Shown in pieces: positions 1 to 14,760 of a stretch of 64,000 nt of DNA. The position numbers and the translations under genes are program-made. How positions within the stretch are numbered: the stretch's first letter is position 1; each line of letters begins with the position of its first letter. This DNA is from Eledone cirrhosa (taxonomy: Eukaryota). Under the pieces are notes generated by a model. It made no database searches. It saw nothing but the letters and a program-made list of their open reading frames with translations, and was not told the origin of the DNA. The stretch spans positions 191,394,001-191,458,000 of the forward strand of contig OZ024742.1 in NCBI GenBank assembly GCA_964016885.1, written 5' to 3'.

Positions 1-259
1 TTTTTTATTAAATCATATTTCTTGTTTCTTCCTGTTTTCCTTCCTTTTGTTGTGGTTAGTTATTGTCTCGCAATAGTGTTATGATATTTTCAATCCATTA
101 GGAAAATGACTCAAATGAAATACACTCATACGCAGGTGAATTAGTTGTGAAATCATGTCAGATTGTATTTCAGTCTCTTTCTGGCTACCTCGTGTCAATA
201 CGAACTGTATTTCAATCGAATGAGATTGAATATAAAGGAGTCTTCAATTTACTATGAAT

Positions 260-760
260 TCCACTAATAACAACATCGTCACCGACTCTACAACTAACAG
301 CATATCCGTTATCCTCCCGTTCATCAGCAACAATAGAGCCAACATTAGAAATACTACCAAATACAATGACATCAGCAACAACAACGGCAACAACAACTAG
401 AATAACAATGACAGCAACAGAACTAACAAAATCAACATCAGAATCAATGATGACAGCTGTAGTAACAACAACAATGATAAAAAATGTCAGAAAAAAATTG
501 TCAGCAACAGCAATGACATCATCAGTAAAAATAACAACAGGAGCAACAACACAAATTGCTAGAAAGAGAGCAATAGCAAAATAAGCAACAACAGCTAAAA
601 AGACTGCAATGACATTATAAACAATAACAACAACACAAGCAACGGCAACAACACACCGATGACAGCAGTGACAACAAGAGCAACAACAACAAAAATAATA
701 ACATCAACGCCAGCGCAACCAGAAATAACGACATCAACACTAGAAGGGAATTAAATAAAA
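260..760. repeat. Degenerate (ACA/AAC)n low-complexity tract
   Basis: Recurrent acaacaac/aacagc units; explains the Thr-rich spurious ORF 366-584. Confidence 0.75.
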
Positions 761-912
761 CAAAGCTTGGATGTATATCTTCGGAATGTTCTGATTCTTG
801 CTTCATAGATCCCTTCACTAAAGATTACACAGATTCCGAGCAGGAAGTGGCTTCCCTTATCTCCTATCTCCTCTGGATGGGGATGTAACAATCGCATTCA
901 ATAATATTATGT

Positions 913-1400
<488 letters not shown>

Positions 1401-1764
1401 GCATACATAATTGTGTGTGTCAGCGTATGTTCATGTATATGTGTTCCTAAATAAATGGATGTGATTGTGGAGGAGCGATACGGACGACATGGGTCGAAGT
1501 CATGAAAAAGATGAAGCGATTAGCTTTCATTCAGTTCCCGATCCAACTTATTATCACCATATTGATGCATTGATACATCCTTGTCAAAAGACAATTGCCA
1601 AATTTGGTAAGAAAGAGAGGGAGTCAGATGAATCGATAGCTAGCAAGATAGATAGATGAATAGATAGAGAGAGAGAAAGAGAGAGAGAGCTGCACTACAA
1701 TAGTTTATCAATAATGGTTGTTAATGACATCTGAATTGAATCAGATTCTTTTACTCCTATGGCT

Positions 1765-2125
1765 GAATCATCATCATCATCATCATCATCATTATCCATA
1801 ACTTTAACGTTCTAATCATCATCATCTCCAGCAATACAACAACTAAACCAACAACCAATTTCAAAATCGATCCAATGAAGCTTCTCCTATTACTAACATT
1901 AACACCAACAATGTCAAAAACAGCAACACTACAACAACTACCAGTATTACCAACAACAGAACGATTACCACCACCACACACCCAACAACATGCTAATACA
2001 ACCAATACTACAACCATAACAAAGGCCCTCATAAACTACTGCCACCAGTACCACCACCATCATCATCATCAACACCACCACCATCATCAACATCACCACC
2101 ACCACCATCACCATCATTATCGTCG
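1765..2125. repeat. (CAT)n/(CAC)n/(ACA)n trinucleotide low-complexity tract
   Basis: Direct inspection; poly-His/poly-Met ORFs are artefacts. Confidence 0.85.
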
Positions 2126-2498
2126 CCCCCACATTGTTTTTGATTACATACATTTTGTTCAACTGCGGATTTTCTTGTTCAACAGTTTTTCTGGCTTATC
2201 ATCCTCTTCTCCACCCCACCCCCATTATTAACAATGTTGTCCTCCATTCTACATTTATTCTCTCTGTATAAGAACTGCAACAACAATAATAAAGGTTCAT
2301 AAGGTAGACGTGCATTATTGCCACTTTAAAAGCATTAGATCATTCAAAAACCAGAGCAGTTCCTAGTTTATCCTGAAAATCAAAAGATAAGTGATCCCCG
2401 CAAAACATATTAGGGCATTCTAAATTTAGGCTACATCACTCTGGAAAGGTTTGTCACACAGCCGTCATATGAATCCAGCTTTTATGATTTTCAGCAAA

Positions 2499-2541
2499 GG
2501 CTCTGATGAGCACCAACAGTGTGAAACAGAATCTGTTAGCT
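2499..2541 (+). ncRNA. Type I hammerhead ribozyme (minimal)
   Basis: ggct CTGATGA gcac-caaca-gtgt GAAA cag-aat-ctg TT agct: core intact, stems I, II and III pair, GUU triplet. Confidence 0.8.
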
Positions 2542-2708
2542 TCTCTCCCTTTTTTTTCCGAAAAAAAAAAGAAGTAAGTGACATAGTCACTACTTTAAAA
2601 ATGATCGAACAAGGTGTTCAAAATGTGTTTAATTAAACATACGGTATATTGCCAAATATACTATACATACATTCATGTATACATCGCTATTTCTGAGCAC
2701 CAATCCTA

Positions 2709-2804
<96 letters not shown>

Positions 2805-3189
2805 TCACTCTCTGTTTCTCCCCTTCTCACTTCCTCCCGTGTGGCTTCTGTGGGTCTCTTTTGCTCACATCTCACACACATCAACACGGTCTGTACCTCT
2901 CTCGGTCATGAAATCCACCCAGCTCATGCTGTCCGGACAAAAATGTTGCTTGCTTATTTTCCTATCTTCGGTTTGCTTTTATCCTTCTATGTTGCTTACT
3001 TGTCCCCCTCGCCTTGCGCGAATTCTGGTCCCAATAACTTTTTTTAGTTATTGCTCGCACCAACCTGAGGTATCTGATTTTTAATGCGATGAAATACCAA
3101 TGATGGTTGGAAAATCACTGAAGAAGGACTATTTTTATCATATGTAACCCATGTGCAAACCACGCAGTATTCTTCTTTCTTCTCATGTT

Positions 3190-3269
<80 letters not shown>

Positions 3270-4070
3270 TTCAAGAGTAACCAATCTTAAAGAGAGAGAT
3301 GGAGATAGTAGAGGAGATATGAGAGGAGAGATTGGTGAGTTAGTTAAAAGCCGAAGCGTAAAGCATGTGCTCAATGTGCAATATGCAGTAGAAAGCAGCT
3401 AGGTGGCTGGGTTCATGCAGAAGTTAGGTGCGCATAGCTGGAAATATTCATTTGTTAAGCAAAACAAGACCACAAACTTCACAAGGAAGACATTTTTAAA
3501 AGATTGTCAACATATTTTAGTTTGATGTAAGGAATGTAGAGAATAATAATAATAATATTAATAATAATAATGTCCGTTTACAATTGTTTACCTACTCCAT
3601 ATAATATTTCTGGATCAGATGACTATATATCATAATTGATCTGGTTCAGTTGAAAATAATTAACATATTTAAAAAACAGAGTGGCTCATCGGAACATCAA
3701 AGGAATCTAAATTAAAATAATGGTATAATGTTACATAATATAATGTTCCATATATTGGTTTATACTATGGTGTCTTGGTTGCATCAGCTGTCAGCCATAA
3801 TCAAGCAGTATTCATCTGTCGAGGTTGCATTGTGTGAGATTTGCCTATGGGTAACAAGATGGCTGCCAAAGGGCATATTTACCTTACTAATTAGAGGGTG
3901 GTTTCAGGGGAAGTAACTTCTCGAGAGATTAGAGATTGTGAGTATTTATAGTTAAGTGCTAGTTTTTAAATTTTTTAATTGAGAGACAATGTAGGGGAGG
4001 TAATTTATAATTATCGAGTTGTTCATAGTAATTTAACTTATTAGCTACAAGTAGAAATGGGGCTACATGA

Positions 4071-4360
4071 CTAAGTTGGGTCAAAAATTCTATTGGCGAA
4101 GGAATTAGCCCTTCGATGTTGACAGCTAATGGTTACCTCCGTTCTATCGTTAATCGGTAGAGGTCGTGATAGAGTTATGTAATATGCTTCCGTAACACAG
4201 AGATCACAAGATTTTCTTCGTCCATTGAACGGTTGGGCCCTAGCCACCATATCCCATTTTAGTGAGTGTTGAACGTTGTTTAATTTAAGGTTTTTAATGA
4301 GCCTAGCTAGCGATGTCGAACATCTCTTGCTAGGGTCTCGGAAGGAAAAAGTGTGCGCAT
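4071..4360 (-). pseudogene. Penelope-like element GIY-YIG endonuclease C-terminal fragment
   Basis: Translation FSFRDPSKRCSTSLA..WDMV..CDLCVTE..INDRTE..SCQHR fits the PLE endonuclease C-terminus (CxLC, N.R.E, CxH). Confidence 0.8.
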
Positions 4361-4789
4361 TTGAACTGTCAACAGGCTGCGGTTCGCACACACATCCCTG
4401 CTGACCATTATCACAACAACGAACCTCTTTACTACTACTACTACTACTACACACACACACACACCCACACACACACATATTTGATTTGAAAGACTTATTT
4501 TTCAGTGACTTCTCAATCAGCCGACACAAACCTACATTTGGCGCAAAATCAATGTTTAACATTCCCATGACCTCTACCGACCAATCAAAACTGTTTTGAC
4601 CACAAGAATTTTTGCAACACGAATTGGCGCGAAACTTATTTTAATACATCTGGAGCCACTTTTTTCACATAAAACAGGTAGAATTTCTAAAACTAATCAG
4701 ATTAGAGCAAACATCACGGGCGCTCTATCTCAAAATAATGTTTAAAAGCATTAGAAATGCGCAACCGGTAAAACCTAAAACCAAAACTG

Positions 4790-7050
4790 AATACTAACCA
4801 ATACTATTACTGATTTATACATTTAAATATTCTGACATCACCACAGATTAACTGTACATCATTCTCACCGCAAGGAAAACTATCCTGGAATTCAACAACG
4901 AATATTCGTCTATGAAGATACCTCCAACAATTTTGATATCACCTAAAATACAACAGTGGGCTCTTACAATGCTACCGCGGGCGCCATGGAGCCCACTTGC
5001 CAGTGGGCAACCTGGCAATCTGGCCAGTTCGTCACTGTGTATATGTACAGTATATACACATACAGCCATACACCGAGACACGCACATACACACGCATAAC
5101 GTCGACGGCTATTCCTCTTTTTCGATTATATTTTCTCTTCTTTTAAAGTTTATTATTTATATCAGTGAGGGCGGTGGATTGGCAGTATCGGTAGAGGGTC
5201 GGACGCCATGCTTTGCAACATAGAGTTACGCCCCTTTATCATCTGAGTTCAAATCCCGCCGAGGTTAACTTTGCCTTTCATCCTTACGAGGTCGATAAAA
5301 TAAAGTACCAGTAATGCACTGATATAATTGCTAGTCTTGTGCCAAAAGTAGAAACAATTATTTATAACGGTGTCTTTAGTGGCTGGCAATTCCGATGTTT
5401 ACAAGGGTAATTGTCCACGTAGTCATATATGATATTCCGTTAAAGTCTTGGTTGGAGTTAGCGAATCTTTTGTTGCAGACTTTTGTCATCATGAATTCTT
5501 TTGCGATTCTTTTAAAAACGTTCTGCTTCGAACTTAATGACTCCGCGTTGTACTGCCTTTTAATTTTTGTTCCCAGGACACACATTCCATGCTAGTGCTC
5601 TTTGTATACCATGTGAGTGTATTTATAAAGTGATGAATTATGTAACAGGATTTGATTGGAATCATTATTTTGAATTCTTTAAATCGGAAGATTCCTCAAC
5701 TTCGCGGTGTAATTTATCGTGACGATGCCCTTTTTACTGTCTTAAACTGTTACTTAGTTAATCTTAATATTATTAAGAATAATATACTTGATCTATTTAA
5801 GCAGCATAACCTAAAAATTGAATTTGAAAACAACGTCAAACTAGCTAACTTCCTGGATATATCCCTTAATCTTGACACCGGCCTATATTACTCTTACCAT
5901 AAAGACAATCAGAATCTAAATTATGTTAATTTTAAATCTAACCACCCTATTAACGTTAAAAATGCTATAGTCAGTAATGTTGAAAAAAGAATCTCAAATC
6001 CATCTACTAATAATCTTATCTTTGACGCTAAAGCCAATTATTACAACAATGCGCTTTCCAGAGCCGGTTATCCTGACAAAATTAAATACAGTAAAGAAAC
6101 CGATCATGGAGGAACTTATAGTAATATACTTAGTTATAAGCATTTCAATAGCATAAAGAAAAGACCTAGATATAAAAATATGATTTGGTACAACGTTCCT
6201 TTTTATCTATCTATTATTAGTAATATTCCAAAACTATTTTTAGGGCCTTAGATAAATGCTTCCCTCCTTCACATATTTATAGTAAGATGTTTAATAAGCA
6301 TACAATTAAATTCTCTTATTCCACCACTTCCAACATCTCTAACATTATCTCAAAACATAATACTAAAATATTAAGTAATAAATCATATCCATCCAACACT
6401 GAGCGTCATAATAATAACAATAGTAAGCCCGACGTCAATGTTAACTCTAGGCTAGATTCTGTAAATTTAAATACGATATCAAACGTAACTTTGTCGAATG
6501 TTCATAATACCAATCTAAATCAGGAAACTTTAGCACCTATCGTAAGTAACTTCTCCAATTCAATTCCTTCTATAAATAATACTGGGTCACTTGCTAATAA
6601 CTCTAATCGTAATTGCAATTGCCCTATTAGAACTAAATGTCCTCTTAGTAACCAATGTCTTGATAAACATTTAGTGTATGAATGTAAGGTCATAACTGGT
6701 ACTCATTTTTTTACCTCTTTCGGTTCCACTTCCACTTCCTTTAAGGCAATAGTTTATAATCACAATTCTTCTTTTAAATACCAACTTAAAAGAACTAACA
6801 CAGCACTCTCAGAACTCATATGGTCCTTAAAGGATAAAAATATTAACTACAACATTTCTTGAAGAAAGGTTTGCAACACCTCTCCTTACCTTATTTCTTC
6901 CCTATCCAGAACATGTAATCTCTGCCTAGCGGAGAAGGGAGACATTTACCATTATCTCTAATTTTAATTCTAGAATAAATAGACGTACGCATTTATTTTC
7001 GCTCTGCTTGCATAAATCCCATAGATCTTTCCATATAGTATACAGCTAAT
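4790..7050 (+). mobile_element. Decayed Penelope-like retroelement (RT + GIY-YIG, possibly Naiad-type), interrupted by a ~650 bp insertion
   Basis: ILTARKTI..FDIT(M)GSY near 4860-4970; YRDD, FLDISLNL, SNHP in ORF 5652-6251; CNC..CPL..CL, LVYECKV..FGSTSTSFK, TALSELIW in 6287-6862; CNLC downstream; frameshifts and stops. Confidence 0.88.
5169..5356 (+). mobile_element. tRNA-derived SINE (MetaSINE-like core) with ~16 bp TSD
   Basis: A box TGGCAGTATCGG, B box GAGTTCAAATCC, core GCCTTTCATCCTTACGAGGTCGATAAAATAAAGTACCAG; flanks attatttatatcagtg / attatttataacggtg; many other copies in window. Confidence 0.85.
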
Positions 7051-7194
7051 ATCTTACTACCTAATAAGTTTAAAATCTTTTTTTTTTCTCAAACACTTCT
7101 ATATATATATATATATATATATATATTTAAATGAAGTAATTCCGTCGAAATGGTCCAGGAAAAAAGAGTGCTCTATGTAGGTTACAGAGCTTAA

Positions 7195-7408
7195 TAGTTA
7201 TGTAATAAACAACATGAGATAATTATTTCATTTACCAGTGGTTTCTTGAAAGCAAACAAAATTTGCTTTTAGTCATCAAAATGAAAAAAATCCTCGTGTA
7301 TTTATTGACAGTAGATTTTAAAAACAAAAATATAATTTATATGAAAGTGAGGCTGGAAAAGGAAGAAGGAAAGGAAAAAAATAAATATAAAAGTAGATAA
7401 ACACACAT

Positions 7409-7485
<77 letters not shown>

Positions 7486-7602
7486 CACACATATATACAC
7501 ATACATATATATATATATACATACATACATATATATATATACATATCCATACATACACATACACAAAAATACACAAACACTCACACATGTATAAATTTAT
7601 AT

Positions 7603-7652
<50 letters not shown>

Positions 7653-7995
7653 ATCATACATATATACACACGTACATACACACACATACATACACACATA
7701 TATACACGCATATATACGCACACACATATATGGCTATATGTACACACACCTACATACGCACACACACAATTAATTATAATAAAAATAATAATAATAAATA
7801 AAAATAAAAAACAATGGACAAACATATAATGCAATAGGCCGTCAAATAAAAATAAAAAATATACGACTTAATAAAATAAAATAAAAATTATTATAAAGTT
7901 GACAGCGATACAGCAACGGACACAAATAAATAAAGAAACACACGTGCTACGCAATACACACATTTACACATACACATACATACATATAAATATAT
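7195..7995 (-). repeat. Distal part of the inverted copy of the PLE 3' region at ~12400-13225
   Basis: e.g. gaaagtgaggctggaaaaggaagaaggaaagg (~7343) is the reverse complement of cctttccttcttccttttccagcctcactttc (~13045). Confidence 0.9.
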
Positions 7996-8017
7996 ACATA
8001 CACACACATACACACAC

Positions 8018-8055
<38 letters not shown>

Positions 8056-8057
<2 letters not shown>

Positions 8058-8270
8058 TGGCTGCCAACTCGTTTTCGAGTACAGCCACTACTTTATATCC
8101 ATGTAGGAGAATCCCTAGCGATGCGCTGATCGAGTGTGACTCTTTAGTCCAGCCAGCGACTTGAAAACTCTGGTACAAACACTACACTTGTGACAATTAT
8201 TGACACATAGTGCTGGGCTCATGGTACCATGTGACAACAAGTGCAGAGAGATCTCCAGATATATGGCAAT
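8056..8270 (-). pseudogene. 3' end fragment of a non-LTR retrotransposon (RTE-like) with C2H2 finger
   Basis: [25 protein letters not shown] followed by a short 3' UTR, embedded in (TA)n. Confidence 0.55.
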
Positions 8271-8304
8271 ATATATGTATGTATATATATATATATATAC
8301 ATAC

Positions 8305-8409
<105 letters not shown>

Positions 8410-8547
8410 TATATATACACACACACATATATATATGTATATATATATATATATATATATGTAAAGTTATATTTAAAATTGTTGGGTTACAACTAGTAAA
8501 TATTTATAACTGATATAAAAGCACTCGACAAATATTTGGAGTATATT

Positions 8548-8916
8548 TACAATATTAAATAAATGGAAAACTATATTTATAAAACCATATTTAATTCATT
8601 ATATATATTTCGGGGATATCATATTAACAATATGCTATGCCTTCATCAGACAAAATACAATATAAACAGTTTTATAGATAAATATATTCGACATACCGTA
8701 ATAAACATCGACTTCATTTGAAGAGGTTTACGCTAGCAGTAAACCTCTTCAAATGAAGTCGATGTTTATTACGGTATGTCGAATATATTTATCTATAAAA
8801 CTGTTTATATTGTATTTTGTCTGATGAAGGCATAGCATATTGTTAATATGATATCCCCGAAATATATATAATGCATTAAATATGGTTTTATAAATATAGT
8901 TTTCCATTTATTTAAT

Positions 8917-8922
<6 letters not shown>
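8548..8922. repeat. Near-perfect palindrome, 184-bp arms, 7-nt loop; each arm has a hammerhead-like core
   Basis: Arms 8548-8731 and 8739-8922 are reverse complements with about 1 mismatch; CTGATGA (8821) ...stem... GAAA TATA TA (8859-8868). Confidence 0.92.
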
Positions 8923-8973
<51 letters not shown>

Positions 8974-8984
8974 GTATATATATA

Positions 8985-9213
8985 TATAAAGAATTAGTAT
9001 ATCTACCAACATGTATATACAGAAGTATACCTATGCAAACAAATATATAGGTTTTGTCTTAGTAACTTTGTGGTTCAATGCATGGGGATGCATATATATT
9101 TGTTCTGCATCCCCATGCATTGATCCACAAAGTTACTAAGACAAGACCTATATATTTGCTTGCATAGGTATACTTCTGTATATATATGTTGATAGATATA
9201 CTAATTCTTTATA
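8985..9213. repeat. Palindrome, ~108-bp arms, 13-nt loop
   Basis: gaattagtatatct...atgcatggggatgca / tgcatccccatgcat...agatatactaattc. Confidence 0.9.
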
Positions 9214-9486
9214 ATTAACTCCAAATTATTTTGTTGAGAAAAAATTTGCCAAAATTACTGTTATAGTTCATAGTAACAGCTTGGCTACTGTCTTTTTACA
9301 CCCCACTCCTCACTGATTATCCTCGATGTCACGTGATTGATTCTTTTGAATTTGCCACCGACCAAGTAGGCCGTGATTTGTTCAATGTCTTGGAATTTAG
9401 GCCACGCTTGCTTTTTTCCATCCACTGAATTATTTTTGTATAAGTTCCCTGTGTCCACGCATCGCCAGGGATCTTAGCTGAGAACG

Positions 9487-9569
9487 ACTTCCTGATGACG
9501 AAATGGCTTCTGATTGGTTTCTATTTGGAAACAATGTTTATTCCCTTTCAGAAACTAATTAGTTGGAGT
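9487..9569 (+). ncRNA. Type I hammerhead ribozyme-like motif with long stem II
   Basis: acttc CTGATGA [gaaa..gtttc/gaaac..tttc] GAAA ctaattag TT ggagt; palindromic stem III; stem I acttc/ggagt. Confidence 0.6.
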
Positions 9570-9619
9570 GAAATTTTAGTAAGTAAGTTAATTTTTATAA
9601 TTTTCTTATTTTATGTCTT

Positions 9620-10372
<753 letters not shown>

Positions 10373-10579
10373 AAGGGGAGATAAGGGAGAAAAAGAATAT
10401 GAGTGTACAGAAAGTGAGTTCAGAGAGGAATAAAAATCGTAGTGAATGTAAGGCGTAGAGAGCAGAGAAGAAGTTCAAGGTGGTTGAGTCATCGTAGGAA
10501 TGTCAATCCAGTTACAGATCAAATGTGATTTCAGGTGAGGACAACATCTGAAGATCTCGGTCTTGAAGTGGCTTTCAAT

Positions 10580-11553
10580 ACTTGAAGTGGCTTTCAATAT
10601 TTTTGCTAATCTAAACCTTAAATTTACTATATATACGAACCTTACCAATGCTAACTTTCTTAAACATTAATTTTGATCTACTTATTGCCTCTTTTAAAAC
10701 TTATCATAACCCTAACGAAAATCTTAGATATATACACAAAGTGTCTTGCCATCCCCCTATAGTTTTTAAAAATGTTATTGCCAATATTAGCCGTAGGATT
10801 TCTACCTTATCTTCGTCTCTAGACATTTTCAACAAAGCCGCCCCTTATTATAATAAAGCCCTTAATAACAGCGGCTTTACAGAACACATTAAATATTTAC
10901 ATAGTCCTCCCCCTAAGAAAATTATTTGGTTTACACCCCTTCTCATTAACTGTCAAAACTAATGTAGGCAGAAAATTCCTTGACCTCTTAGACAAACATT
11001 TTCTCCTAATCATAGATATTATAAGATATTTAACAAAAATGTAGTTACAATCAGTTACTCTTGCTGTCCATCAATGTAGTCTAAAATCACCAATCACCAA
11101 TAAATCCACGATGCAGTTGCAGGAAGCCGGATGAATGCCAATTACAGACCAAATGTAATACCAAATCCGTTGTATATGAGGCCAAAGTGACACCTTTGAT
11201 TAACAACCAGTCAACCAGGAGTGAACGATATGTTGGCATGACTCAGGACAGGTTCAAATCCAGGTTTTATGCACAAGTCGCTTCTTTTAAACACTGATAA
11301 AAGAACGGCAACGGCTCTCGCAAAAAAGGTGTGGGAATTCAAAGATAAAAACATCCCGTACTCTATCGATTGGTCTATTTTAGACCATTCGAGGGAATAC
11401 CAAAGGGTTACAAAGAATTGTTCTTTGTGTTTAAACTTATGTTTAAACTTTTTCCTATGTTACTTATTTTCCTTATTCCCCCTACTTTCTACCTTACCCT
11501 TTACATATCTACCTTTTTTATTTATAGATATTTATTTCTGTGTATGTGTGGTT

Positions 11554-11586
<33 letters not shown>

Positions 11587-11818
11587 GTGTGTGTATATAT
11601 ATATATGTGTATATAATTATATATATCTGTATGTATATGTATGTGTGTATATAGTTATATATATCTGTATGTATATGTATGTGTGAGTATATATATATAT
11701 TTGTGTGTGTGTGTGTGTGTGTGTGTGTATTTTTATTAAGGTGGTGACGTAACTTTTTGTATATATGTGTGTGTGTATATTAGTGTTTGTGAGTGTATAT
11801 GTGTATTTTTATATATAA

Positions 11819-11880
<62 letters not shown>

Positions 11881-12770
11881 TAGCCGTTGAAATGGCTTGA
11901 GCTCTGCTGTCGGGTCATACTTTTTCCTATATATATATATGTATATATATGTATATATGTGTGTATTTGTATGGTGTGTGTATGTGTGTGTGTGTATATA
12001 TTTATGTGTATGTATATGCATAATTACATACAGAGTGATTTAATGTTTATTTTCATCGATTATTTGCTCCAGGAATTGTTGAGTGCTCTAAATCAGCTAT
12101 AAACATTTATACCTTTATTTATTTATGTATTTATTTATTTATTTATTTATTATCTGTCGAATTCCCAACTATTTGTTTACCCCTTCCACATTTTTATTTG
12201 TATATATATATAATATTTATGTATTTTCTCATATATATATATATGTATATATATATATGAGAAAATATATAAATATTATATATATATATAAATAAAAAGG
12301 TGGAAGGTATATATATATGTGTATGTGTTAGTGTATATATATATATATGTATATATGTGTATATATATATATATATGTATATATATGTATATGTGTGTGC
12401 ATGTGTGTGTGCATGTATGTATATATTTATATGTATGTATGTTTATGTGTAAATGTGTGTATTGCTTACCACGTGTGTTTGTTTATTTATTTGTGTCCTT
12501 TCCTGTATCGTTGTCAACTTTATAATAATTTTTATTTTTATTTTCTTAAGTCGTATATTTTTTTTATTTTTATGTGACGGTCTATTGCATTATATGGTTG
12601 TCCATTGTTTTTTATTTTTATTTTTTTCTTATTATTTTTTCTTATAATTAATTGTGTGTGTGCGTATGTAGGTGTGTGTACATATATCTATATATATGTG
12701 AGTGCATATGTATGCGTGTATATATGTGTGTATGTATGTGTGTGTATGTACGTGTGTATATATGTATGAT

Positions 12771-12804
<34 letters not shown>

Positions 12805-13225
12805 CATGTGTGTTGTATTTCTGTATTTGTGTGTATGTGTATGTATGGATATGTATATATATATATGTATGTATGTATATATATATATATGTGTATGTGT
12901 ATATATGTGTGTATGTATATATATATATATATATATATATAATTATATATGTGTGTATGTACATGTGTGTATGTGTGCGTGTTTGTGTGTGTGTGTGTCT
13001 GTGTGTGTATGTGTGTTTATCTACTTTTATATTTATTCTTTTTCCTTTCCTTCTTCCTTTTCCAGCCTCACTTTCATAGAGATTATATTTTTGCTTTTAA
13101 AATTCACTGTCTATAAATACACCAGGATTTTTTCATTCTGATGACTGAAAGCAAATTTTGTTTGCTTTTAAGAAAGCACCGGTAAATGAAAAAATGATCT
13201 TATGTTGTTTATTACATAACTATAT
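10580..13225 (+). mobile_element. 5'-truncated Penelope-like element: RT thumb, GIY-YIG, and microsatellite-rich 3' region
   Basis: FLNINFDL..YIHKVSCHPP..KKIIWFTP (10648-10962); CSCRKPDECQL..C..KSVVYEAKV..YVGMT..FKSR; ATALAKKVW..YSIDWSIL..CSLC. Confidence 0.85.
12182..12307. repeat. Small palindrome inside the PLE 3' region
   Basis: ccttccacatttttattt...attttctcat (TA)n atgagaaaat...aaataaaaaggtggaagg. Confidence 0.75.
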
Positions 13226-13415
13226 ATATATAAGCAGAATGTATAGTCAATTTGTTGGTAATTCAACAAATATATATGTTTCTAACTGATTCAGAGCACA
13301 CGACAGATTTCTGGAGTATAATATTCAATGATATTAAATATATATAATAGAATAAATATGGTTTCATAAATATAGTTTCCATTTATTTAATAACATTGTA
13401 TATAAATATATATAT

Positions 13416-13602
<187 letters not shown>

Positions 13603-13648
13603 AGAAAATGCGAAGTAGATTCAGATGTTAAATTCCTTTATTGATACG

Positions 13649-13723
13649 GCTGTGATACATATTTCAATGACGACAGTGACAACATGATTCCGTGTACCCA
13701 GTGCCATGACCTCGTCAGACAGC
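13649..13723 (-). ncRNA. Type I hammerhead ribozyme in left inverted arm (13597-13750)
   Basis: Reverse complement gctgt CTGACGA [extended stem II] GAAA tatgta TC acagc; perfect stem I; AATAAA downstream. Confidence 0.8.
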
Positions 13724-14449
13724 TTCTTATATAATAATATTACATTCCCGAGGCAATCCAAATTGAAACGCTCCTAAATGTAGAGTGATTTATGGTGTAA
13801 CCGATATATTGTAGATGTGGATGCACCAGCCATCAACTGCACCCAGAAATTCCCTGTACCATGGACACTATTACACATACTGGATATCCCTACTGCTGGA
13901 CATAAAATTATGAACGAACTTTCGACCAAATAAGCGGACCAAAATCCGCTTATTTACCTGCAGCAACTTGCATTTTGCACAAGGGCCTAGAACCGAAGCC
14001 CACTCTCACTTCATCTGATAACGGATGAAAAAGGAATTTTATATGCACATTACATGGACAAAATTGACAAATATTCCCACTGCATTGTGAATGTAATGGA
14101 AATCACTTTTTTCACCACTTCTACCCTCATTTCCATAATGATATGCATATTTTTCTCATATACATATATATTTTTTCTCATATATATTTCCTCTCACGTT
14201 TTACGTTTATGTACTTTTTGTTTTAATTCATGTGATAGAAGATATTAACTAAGTGTTTGTTTAATTATTACGTTGTATGCTCTGAATTGATCTTCCGTTC
14301 TTCTCTACAGTACTATCGTTCAATATATGGATACTATATATGTAACTAGAAGAGGTATCCGGCGTTACCCGGTATAACTCTCAATGGATTCGTCGTTCAA
14401 ATGAACCGAAAGACTTCCGTTAAACACGACTATAGAAGTAACAATGTAT

Positions 14450-14760
14450 CGGTATTGGTCTTAAAGAGGGTCTTTGAATGTTCACTTTGAAATATCTTTG
14501 CGGCGGTGCTGCCAGCAAAGACGAATCCAGCGATAACACTTTATAGTTGGTGGCTCTGAATAGAACCTTTTAAAGTTCACTTTGAAATATCTCAGCGGCG
14601 GTGCTGCCAGAAAAGTTGAATCCGATGGTAACAACTTAAACTTGGTGGCCCTGAAGAGGGCCTTGGATCGTTCACTCTTAAAAGTTCCAGCGGCAGAGCT
14701 CTCAGCAAAGACCACTCCGATTAGAGGTGGTGGCCCTTAAGAAGTCCTTCAAAACACTTT
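14450..14760. repeat. ~80-100 bp tandem repeat (3-4 units) in the Helitron 3' region
   Basis: Repeated ttcactttgaaatatc..gcggcggtgctgccag..aaag..ggtggccct. Confidence 0.7.

Noticed and set aside
5169-5260. Functional tRNA gene
   Set aside because: A and B boxes belong to a multi-copy SINE head; no cloverleaf could be drawn
6860-6862. In-frame TGA in the PLE endonuclease as possible selenocysteine (reported for some Naiad PLEs)
   Set aside because: It falls at a conserved Trp position (YNISW; compare YSIDW, HSLKW), so TGG>TGA decay is more likely; the conserved Cys codons are intact
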